64,000 nt of DNA from Fimbriosthenelais zetlandica. Taxonomy: Eukaryota. Under the pieces are notes generated by a model. It was not told the origin of the DNA, ran no database searches, and was given only the letters and a program-made list of their open reading frames with translations. The stretch is taken from assembly GCA_977030845.1 (NCBI GenBank), contig OZ365112.1:15996001-16060000 (forward strand). Reading direction: 5' to 3'. A program made the translations under genes and the position numbers. Position 1 is the first letter of the stretch; every line of letters starts with the position of its first letter. Positions 15,744 to 27,000 of this stretch are shown in pieces.

Positions 15744-17730
15744 AGCATCACTACCCATAACAACACAAGCTTCAGCGGCTACCGACAGACTGTGACATCC
15801 ATCCACTGACACCCCCATCACCATAGAGACAGCCCTGGAGGAGGGGGTAGTTGTTGGAAGAGGAGGGTCAGCAGCACCAGACTGCCGTCCTCCTGACTCT
15901 ATGTACCAGATTGAACCATTCCACCTCTTATGGACACCGGAGGGAAACTATAAAAGACTGGAAGAAATATCTACACTCCCTCATCCCCGCACCTGAGCTC
16001 ACCTGCACTCAGTTGCAGTGAACCGCCAAGGGGTATTTTCTTTATATTTAAATACGGCCAAATACCGGTGCAAACTCCAACGCTCCACTGTGCGTGGTAA
16101 TAGCATATACATTGGAGACTATCTCTGGATTTATCTCAATTAAGATATATATATACAGGTAACATAAGGTGCTCGGTCGGGTGTGGATTTGATTCATTGA
16201 GTTGGAAAGTTGGCGAGAGCTAATAGGCGCGTGTTCCTCAGTGGAAGGGCATCAGGGCCAGGCATCTGTGACTTAATATGGTCCTACGCCACGAGTCTCA
16301 CTGATCACTCACTCAAGAGTGACTAGAGATCGTCATCAAGGTGGGTCGAAAGAAGAAGGATCCAAGGGAGTGTGTCAACAAAGAGGTTAGGATTCCAAGC
16401 ACGACTGGCACGCCTGGTTGATCTGAGTGGCACAGCAGTGTTTGCGTGTGTGAGTGTGACATGGGTGGCACTAGAAGAGGAGGTGGAGGAAGAAAGACGG
16501 GGGTAACTCTGAGTGGGGAGGAATTCTAGATACCACAACAATAGTTTACCCACGTGTCGCTCCTTGACAACCATAACCTGTAACCATAGCAACATGATGG
16601 TGCTCTAGGAGGAAGAGGGGAATACTTGTATCTAGACAAGCAAATGTTGGACAAATATTTCCAGAGGGAGGAGTCGGAGATGAGAAGGATTAACTTCCCG
16701 GGGAATTAATTATAATTACTCCCAGGGTAACTATCTCCAAGTTTATTTGATAATTTCCAGAGGCACTACCCAGGCATTGAGGGCAATTTCCACCTGGATG
16801 GGATTGCCAGTGAGAGAAACAATAAGAGGTGAATTGGGGGTGAACTTTGTGGTGAGAGGGGCACACGTGCTCACGGGACGCCAGCCACGGACACCTAGAG
16901 ATATCAGCACCCTGTCATTACCATTATCACCATTACCTGGTCACCCCATAACGGGCCCCTACCCCACCCCACCCCCCTCCCACCATAACTCCATGACCGT
17001 GTCGGCTACTATCGCCACACCTTCGTAAGCACGGGAGGGGCGGGCTTTAGTATCAATACAAGTGAGGCAGTGAGATGTGCCACAACACTGCTTCTCTCCT
17101 CGAGACACCAGTCAATGCCTCCTGTCTACATTGGTTCCACTCTGAGTGATCATTTCTTGGGGAGGACTCTATTTGTCAGGTATATATATAACACCTGAGC
17201 GACCATTGATACCCCACTCATTCACTTACTCAATACCCCAAGGCCAAAGGGACATAGACCTGTGTGTGTGTGAGTGTTGTTGGACCTTCTTGGCATTCTC
17301 TGAAGCCATGCACTTTATGCATATATATGTATGAATACAAAAGGCCCTGGAGTCAGATTACCTTTACCGGGGCACTGGAGGAGAAGGTGTGAATGTTGTA
17401 CTGGAGGCGGCGGCTTTAGAGACACGAGTTGATAGCCGGCGGTCACTTCCTACACTGGTGTTTGGCACCTGTATTAATTAGCATAGCTCATTGTATCCAC
17501 TTGTGGATGGGGAGTAGGAGGTGGAGGAGGAGGGGAGAGCCACGAGCCGAGTTCAACGACCGGTGACGCGCATATTAAACACCATACACTCTCTCCAGCA
17601 TCTCTTACTACATCCATCCCCCCTGGAGGAGTTAGAAGAACAAGAGTGGGAGGTACCTGTGAAGTTGCTGGTGTGGAGGTAGAGTAGTAGTTGTAGTACT
17701 TGTTACTGTTATCGCGACCACACGAGGGGA

Positions 17731-18058
17731 ATGATGTACCTGCCAAGCGAGGCTTACCCATCCCCCTATGGCCCGACCCCGGCCGCCCATCACCCGGGCC
17801 CGGGCTACCCTCATCACCCGGCCGCCGCCGACCACTATCAGGCGGCCGCCTATGCTGCCAAGTGTGCCGCCCAGGAGGCAGCTTACCACCATGGAGGACA
17901 TGCTCATCATAAGATGGAGTATCCTGGAAGGTCGGCATGTAGCTATGATCAGGCTGTCAACTTTGCGGCCACCATGGGAGCCCATTTTGACTATGATAGC
18001 TTAGGGCCTTTGGCTCGGATGGACCCTTATGGACGTGGCAAGACTGGACGGGCGAAAG
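17731..18058 (+). CDS. Pax2/5/8: Candidate alternative first coding exon 1a: 109-aa His/Pro/Ala/Tyr-rich N-terminus ([15 protein letters not shown]...[14 protein letters not shown])
   Basis: ATGATG at 17731 opens a GC-rich frame with transcription-factor-like composition. It ends at AAG|GTAGGC (GT at 18059) in phase 1, and G+GT restores Gly before HGGVNQ in exon 2. Confidence 0.75.
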
Positions 18059-21000
18059 GTAGGCTAACTGTGGCAAATTATATCCCATTTCTTTATTTTA
18101 TATCAGGACAACATGTTTCAGATTCTTTCAGGTACTTATCACGTTATTGCCCTTTTTGAACCTCAACAATTGAGAGGCACCTTTATGGATATAAAGGCAT
18201 GAAGAGTTTAATTTAATTTGATCATTTTTGAAGTCCAATTTTGTATGCTTTCCCACCAGACTTGGCTTCACAAACCTTGGTTGTCATTGCCAATTTTCCC
18301 CCCACTTTTTGACTTCCATTCTTCCACTCTCTTAGTTCTCACCGACCTAGTGCGCCCCCTACACCCCTCGCTCCGTACTAGTCACATTGGTTTGGGACGC
18401 TGAAATATTAACAACATGAATCAGCGTGAATCTACAGAGAAACACATGTCCCTTAGCGACCCTAGCAGGGCCTGACATGGCCCTCCAGGAGGCCAGATAT
18501 CTGCTGGAGCTCCCCTGGAGTGGAGGGGGACACGGGTAGCTAACGTTCTGTATGGACCATTCAGCTCCCTTCCCCCTGCTCCTGGGCACCTCCCGGGGAG
18601 AGGGCGGGAGAGACTCCGGGAGGCGCCGGGGGTGGAGGCCCAGTCTCCTGCTGGAGGAGGCGGGCGGTGAGAGTAAATCCCCGTATAATGCTATCTATTG
18701 GTGGGGACAGATCCCAGCAGTGGGTCAGATAGACTGAGATTATCCACTACTGGAGGTAACTGGTACGGAACAGCGAGATAAGCGAGTTATCCAATGGATT
18801 AAAGCAGGCGCTGCAGCCAGCCCAATGTACTGAGGCTTTGGGCGTTGATGTAAAGCTCAAAAAGCACCAGCCCAATGGGGATAGCTGTAGAGACGGCAGC
18901 TTTGCTTTCTTGGTTCAGTGATTGGGTTATCTTAATTCAATATTAATTAACTATAAAATGATGCTTCCAATTATCAAATCTAATCTAGTCAAAAACTGCC
19001 CAATCTTCTTCGTCTTAGGAAGACGTCTACCCAGCGTGGTTCTAAATTATTCATTAATAAATCCCAGTCTGCTATTATCTTTCATGTGTATAATTGGGGT
19101 TTTTTCACACCCCCTTCTTATCCGCATTTCCCTTGAATTTACCCATGGGAATTGCTAAGGGTTTTAAGCAAGAACGCCTGAAAATCTAAATTTAGATGAT
19201 AGATTTAGATCTATCGGTATTCTTGGACTGAGAGGCATGGGAGAAATGGCCAGGAAATATAGTGATCAGATGTGTATCAGCTGAACAGCTTTATAGCTTG
19301 ATAATTTGTACCTAACGACACAACCTTAGCTTGGGGGCTAATTACACGTCTCCTTATGAAACAAAGACACCTCATGTGAAATTAGACTTCACGGAGCCCT
19401 GCTTATTTGATTCATGATATTTTATAATTAGCTATGTAAAATAATCAGTGTCACTTTTGCCCGCATTTTCCTAGGGTGATTATATCAATAAGCCCGGGGG
19501 TATCTGTTTCCTAGGACATTACTACATGTGTACCTGTACAGGTTACATGTATACAATGACAGGGGTCTCATGGACGCTGTATACTCAATGCTTTCTGTCA
19601 CTTCCCCTGGTTGTGTCCGTGTATCATTAAAAGGTCACCAAATTGCAACTATATCTCTCTTTCTGATTATTACATATCGTAGCTCCTAGCGGTTGACACC
19701 ACCTTAGGGCATCTGATTGGAGTGGTTGCACGGGGAGAACAGGGCCTAAGGAGGGGGTAGAGGTCAGCCTTCCCTTTGTTGTTCCCCTGACCTTGGAATT
19801 CCTGTTCAGGGTCAGTGGCGCACTTTACTGATCATAGCGGTAAAGCAGTGCGACTCCCACGCCCTCTACTCCCACAACCTTTGTTTTACCAAATTAGCGC
19901 ACCTGACAAGTCCAGGGCGAGGGGTCCCAATCATCTTCCCATAGAACATATTTTAAACAGTTTTAATTGCAGTCTGGGATATTTCATTTCCCGGGGTCAT
20001 TGACATACCTATAGGGACTTGTGGGGAAGGTTGAGAGAAGGGATATATATAGAGAGATAGAGATCTAGTAGCCTGCCAAACATCCACCGCCATTAAATAA
20101 CCAAAGCACTAGCACGGCCAGTGATAGATGGGCACAAACATGCGACCTATGGTTGGACCATCTGAGGCTATGGGGTGCAATGCCTAACGGAAGATGGGCC
20201 ATTTTTTATGATGGAGGACCCGCCCCGTCCAGTCCCGGTTCTATGGCGTGGAATAATCTCGCCACAATTCAAGACACCTCGCTTAAAAGAATCAATTAAT
20301 CTATCGACCTAGCTGTAATGGATCCCCTTCAAAGGATGTATTTCTACTGTCGTTCTAGCTCTAAAAGAATGTTCGTAGATCTCTGGGTTGCATTCAAAAC
20401 CTGAGAGTAGACATTCAGGATATCTATTGCAGCGTGGAAATTGACACACAGTGAAGACACAATTCAGGGTATAGATCTGTCTCCACTTGCCTGAGGCTTT
20501 TACCTCAGTGGTCTGCCCTTTAGGAGTAAAGTCGGTATAAAGCCTTTAGCAAATAGAAAATTTCTCCTCTTACCCTAGCTCCTGGCTCTCTGATTCTCTG
20601 TATCAGTAATAATATTTGTAAACTTCTTATAGATGTAAACTTCTAGTGCTCTGTCTAAATGTGGTCTTATTTTACACTCGATCGGGACCATTAAGTGGCG
20701 TGAAGATAATAATGCTATAGGTTAAAACAATATGAAGCTACTGGGGTGCAGAGTTTCCGAGTACACTAGTTCTGCCATAATTTCATGAGTGTACACCATA
20801 CGTGCATTTCGCAGATATACAGATTAACCTCCCTTTACGATGTTATCTCTCGGGAAGATTGAAAATCATGATTTCAACAATCATTCTGAAATTTTCCCAC
20901 GGAAAATGAGTCCCTTCATTAATGCATACATGCATATAATGCATGGTCATATGGGGGGTGAATCCCATATAAATTAAGTTAATGTTCAGATTTATTTTTC

Positions 21001-24000
21001 TTCAAAGGGAAAATCTGGAGATTTATCCAGCTTTCCTCCATGAACCATCTTTTCGTCAGTTAGGGATAAATCCCCGTGTCTGATCAGATCCTTCTCAGGG
21101 GATCTCTGCACACACCATCAGCTCATGAAGCTGAAAGATGAGTGTGTGCCTGGCATTGAGGAGGAAGATGAGCAGCTCTGCATCTGCTCACATCTTCTCC
21201 CCAAAATGAGCATGTCGCCGAAATGAGCCCCGATGTCTGAGCCATGTCCGAGGTCTGTAAGGAACGCAGCCAGGGGCGATAACAGGAGCAAATGAGGTGT
21301 CTGATGGGGGAAGGTTGGCCTTCCTTATCAGCCTCATGGAGATATGCTCCTGATTGGAATCGTGCCTTATCTCCTGGCTAAGACGAGCGAGTACAGTGGA
21401 AGCGATTGGTCTCGCCTGATCCAGTCCTTCACGAGGATTACTCACTCAGTCAATCCTCCTCCAGGCTTCCCGCCTCTCCCCTCTCTGGAGGAAGATGGGG
21501 AGAAGGTGGAGGCTGCTCAGGGGCTCGGGTTTGGGGTTTAACTGAAAGTGATCTCTCAGTGATCTCTTAATTAAGCCAACTGTTGCTTTCGCTCTTGGTT
21601 TTTCAAAATGTATGCATACATCTGAATGCCTTATAATGCTAATTGCAGTCTAATGCTATTCCAGGGATTGACCTAAACAACATCATCAATGTTGTTTTGA
21701 TGCACTGACATGCGATTCCCAAGCATCGATGTTCTTTTATTTGGTCTTTTATGTCCACTAATGTGCGCCAATAGAAACCTGATGGTCAGGGGTAAGACGA
21801 CAAATCCCCGCGTGTTTCAGCCAAGATTGTCTATGTACCCAGGAGGAATGAACCCCTATATACATTCCTGGTATTGAGGCAGGCCTTGTCTTCATACATA
21901 AACATGAGAGGCACAATTTATAGCTTCGCCTTCCAAAGCCTCGTGGATCAATGTGCTCTTTCTCCTTTCACAATAACATGATCCTGGCTAGGATCCAGTT
22001 ACAAATGATCCCCGAAATACACTAAAGCTTGCGTTGCGCGTGGTCGCCGAGTCAGGGCCGTATCGCGACCCACATCTGGCATTTTTCTGAGCAGCCCAAA
22101 ACTAGAAGTGTCGCGACAGCGTTGAGGAAGTTTTCAATTGGATTTTCCATGTTCCCTCCGCTCCCAAGGTTCGCACAGCCCCCTATTCCACCCCTCCCGC
22201 ACAAAATTCATGTCTGTGCTCCTCCCGTCCCCCTCCCCCATTCTCCTCCTCCAGCACGTTGGCGGAGGGCTGGGTGGGGTACCTGGGGAATAGGGCGCTG
22301 ACACTGATAAGGCCTCACAAACAGATGTGTGGCCGGCGATAGGCCGTCAGTTCCAACAAGCACAGGGGGCTGAATCGTGGAAAAAGTCCATCACCTCCAA
22401 ATGGAACAAAACACGAGGACCATGGCGGCCTCCTGTAGAAATTCCAATCAGACTGATTATAAAACAGGGGACGCCCAGACATCCAGGCCCCAGTCCAACT
22501 GTTCAAAGCACTTGCTTGAGACGGCACAAAAAGCTTGTTTCTTTAAGCAGAAATGAAGAAAACCAGTATTTTTTCAAGCGAGATCTTGCATTTAATTCAA
22601 TTTCTGAGTCGTATATACATATATACAAGTCAAGTACCTTGGGTGTAACCAATTTTTTTCTGGTAAAACTATTCATATTTTTTCATCAGGGAGCTAGGGA
22701 AATTTGTATTTTAATATCCCACTGTTTCTGTACTGCAAGAGAGATGCCGTTAAAGAATAGGGTAATGATAGTTAACGGGTCTTTACAGCGCAGACAAGAA
22801 GGGAGATGGTTATACTGTAGTAGGATAATGACTGGTGTTTGAAGTATCCGACAAAGGAGATTCGTGTCATGTGGCAATGATATTCGCCCACACTCAGGTC
22901 GCGACACGTTTGAGTGAACAAGGCAGAGGCTAATAAAGAAGATGTAGCTATATGTATCGGCATCGCTTTGACACAAAATCAAACCATGTTTATACGATAC
23001 GTTGACTTATTACCTCTCTGGATGCGGAGGCAGGACCTTTCTCCGTGATGGACATTTATCCTATTGTAGGATGAACCATGAACATAGAGGAAACCCAGAG
23101 AGAGAACTGGCTTAATCAACATATTTGTCATTATGTTGTAAACCACAGAACATCGTTGGCCTACATTCTGAAATCAAGGTGTAAGCACTGGGATGGTCCC
23201 TATCCAATTACACTAAACATGTATGTATAATGCTGCATAACCTATAGTGTTACCAGGTTAATATGTATTGATCTGACAAATCCCCGTTATTCACACATTT
23301 AAATATCGATAACAGGTAAACAAGCCTGTATTGCCATCCCCGACGGACCCTGCTCACACCTCCCTCTATAATCCTGCCTGTGATGAAGTTTGATTGCATT
23401 ATAATGAGAATCAGACGAGCTTAGCGCTACTTTGATGTCCCCTTCATTTGATTAATCGCATCAAATTCTCAGAATTCCGCTGCTGGAACAGGTTGTCGCG
23501 GTCCACGCATGCGTGGTAGGCATTTTGACGTGAGTTGTAATAACATTGACCTGTAGACCTCGGGGTCTGGGCCCTCCATGTCAACTCCCACTAAACCACA
23601 GCTCCCACACCCCTCTCTTGGATCCTCAGCCAGGCCTTTGGTGGGCAGAAGGCGGAAAACAAGCCTCAGTTTAAGGACAGACTCCAATGAGGCTTGCTTA
23701 CCAACCTTCATTGATCTGGTGCACTGAGGATGGCAGGAAGAATATGAATGTTGTTAAATCCATATCCCAAATCTCATCAGATCAAATTCATGTATACATA
23801 CATCGATGGTCGCCAATCACTATTCTCGGACCTGGTTGGGATTCCCTTTTAAAAATCTACAGATTTTTTGAGCCAAAAAATATTAAAATTTGAAATATCC
23901 AGGCTATATTTTGCATGCATGAAACCTTTCTATGCAAGGTCAATGTGGATATTATTGTAAGCATATGTGGAGTATGGTGCATGTGGTTATGATATTAGTG

Positions 24001-27000
24001 ACCGTTCCCCACCCGGTCACGCCCGCTGATCATACTAACGGTCATTGATTGACCACTGTCATGTGCCATACATGCCTCCCCAGTCAGCTGTGGTCAGTAG
24101 GGTGTGAGCAGTGTAAGAAAATGGGGGCAAATCGCTGGCAAATATTACCCTGCTTCATCTCTCCCGATCTGACTCTCTCTCAACCATTTTGTCGCAATTG
24201 TTCTTTTGTATTTGAGAAATATCAGAATGCTTAATATGCAGAGCAATAAAATACGTTTTTAACATTTTTTTTGCCATGAATATTTCCCTTACACTGCAGA
24301 AGTATTAAATCATTAGCTTTCGTTTAATGCACAAGCTAATGGGGCCATTTTATTAAGGCCAATGTAGCATGGTTCATATGCTGTATCCTCTGCATTTCAT
24401 TAACCCACATAAACACAGGAATCAATAAATAGTGAGGGCTGAGGTCGTGTAGCGCACCCACTGCCTGCTTCTCTTAAAGCATGCAGTAAGTAGCTGTGAA
24501 GGCGACCGACCGAGTCAATGTAGGCTTAGATATAGAGAAGCCAGCGTGAGAAGCCACACGCTGAAGCCACATAGAGAAGCCCTATCTAACGGAAGGTCTC
24601 TTCTATGGCTGGTTGCCTGCGCACCTCCTCACTGCCCCAACACGAGCCCTCACCTCCCTCTACAACTCCCTCAACGTCAATTCACCACCGGAAGAGGAAG
24701 TGCTCTGCTGGCCCGGGCCAGGCTGCAGCCAGGGGGCGCTGCAGGTAACTGAGGGCGCCCACTGGCGGGCCTTTTTATTTTTATCAGCGCTAAAAGCCCT
24801 GGTCGTGGATGATAGCGAGTCCCGCGGTCCTTGACCCGAGCTTGGCCTCGGAGGCTTGTCCTTCTGATGTGGTCACTTCTGTGGTCACTTCTAAGACGGT
24901 GGTTGGTGACCGATGGCTGGTAGTCGTGGCCACTGGTCAGTACATCTCTGCTCAGTGATGAAGCGCTGCCGTCTTTTGCCATTCACAGTGTGCACAACAC
25001 CTTTTGTGGGTGTCTGCTTTAGTAGCAATGACCTGGTACGAGCAGGCCCGAGCCTGACTCAATTATTCCCCTTCTAGATCATGGCTTTCTCCCCAGTCGT
25101 ACCGACGGTACATGTTGTACGAACCATAGAATTCAATCCAAGCCCCAAACATTTCAAATCTAAACCATAATAACAATTATTGAATCCAGAATTTTGACCC
25201 AAACTTCTCAAATATAACTTAGTTTCTTGGGTCCTGGAATATACAAAAAAAACGGCTCATATTATGCTCTCATATACATATATATGTATACATGGTGTGG
25301 TTAGGATGGTAGTATGGGTAGTATGAAGAGTGAGGTGCTCCTGAGAGGAGGCGACCTGCAGAGTGACTCCCCCCTATGATTGATCCCCCCTTCTGACGTT
25401 GTATATGAATTAGCCCCAGACCACGATGATGGAGCCTGTGGTCTGACCGTCGCCAGTACGCATGCGCACAGGAAGTGCTGCCATTTTTGTGGTTGTGTGA
25501 GAACGATCCATCTCGGGGGAATGTCGAGTGAGAGCGGACGGTGTGCATCTCAATGAGGTGGTTGGCCCCGGAAAAAAACCACCACCCCATCAACGTACAC
25601 TACACCAGAATCTCCACAAGTCTCTCATACGACCACCACTAAAGTAAAGCCACCCCCTCCTCCCCTCTTATGTCAGTTACCTGCCTCTATAAAAGGGTCA
25701 GGAGAAATGACTTATCTCTGCAATTGTTAGGACTTAAATGACAGCTGCGCTCTGCAGTCTGATGAGATTTTTTTTTCAAATATTGTGAAGTAGTCAACTT
25801 CAGGATTGCTTATAAGAGCGGAAAAACCCTGGTCATAAAACTGCCATGTATCATAATATACCTCTCCCGCCCCCACATCACTAGAAAGCCTGGAGTGAAC
25901 AAACAATGAACAAAAAGATTTATTGTGACTAAAAACAATATTGCTCAATATGTAATGCATCTCTCCAGTGGTTATTGAAAATGTCTTCCAAATAAGGCTA
26001 AATTACTCCCAGTCCTCTACTACCTTTCTGAAAAAGTTGATTATTCTATTTAAGTGTCAACATGAACAAAGCCATGAGAGTGACACCAGACATTGTCAGG
26101 TCACCAAGTCGCATTCACGTCAAACTTCTCTTCCTACCTGAATAATTCAACTGTGATGAATTATAGAAATTAATTATTTTAATTGCTCCCTGCTGTCCAT
26201 GGCCATATCGGGCTGGGGTAGGGGTAGAAGGGGTGTTACAGGAGAGGAAGAGTGGGTGCATGGAGAGGTAGAAGGATGGAGGCAACTTGAGAATGAGAGG
26301 CACACCTAGCCATATTGGCACCGCATCATAATGGTTTAAGTGGCAAGCCACCGATCGATCCCTCCCCCGACTGAAAAGTGTCACACTCTAGCCCCCAGGG
26401 TGGCGCTGACTAACCCAGCGGGAGACCTATTAGTAGGCAGCCTGTCTCGCCCCCTAGCTGCCCGCCTGCCCACTATTTGTCTTCCTGTTTCCACATCAAA
26501 CCCATCTCCAACCAATCCAGTTAATTCATCCACAATGGCCGGCTAACAACAATGAGTTTATGAGTGGAGAAGTGGCGTGAGTGTGAAGAGAAGGGGGCGG
26601 GGTGGCCAATTGCATCAGCATGTGAGATGTTTGCTCCAAAAAAAGTCCCGTGTAGTCCAACATTCAATACTGAAGTTTCAAATCAGTTGAAAGACAATAC
26701 AACTTGTGGCTGCTTTAATATTCAATTCCTTTATCCGTCAAGGAGCGCACAGAGTGAATTGCCTGAGTGCAAACATGAGCCATGTTTGCTGACATTGTTA
26801 GACCAAGACTCTGAACACGCTGCTTGTTTGACCAAGTGAAGTTCATTGCTCCGCCCTTGATCTGTTGCACACTGGGGCAAATATTTGCAGATTATCCACG
26901 AGAGCCTTTACAAGAGCTTACTGTTCCAGTACAATGTGGCGTAAATGCCAATGCTTCCAGCTTGTTTCCAATTGAATTGAGTTATAAAAGCTTGATGAAT

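Noticed and set aside
17731-18159. Hox/ParaHox exon 1 (His/Pro/Ala-rich ORF)
   Set aside because: No YPWM hexapeptide and no homeobox anywhere in the window; its donor phase fits Pax exon 2.
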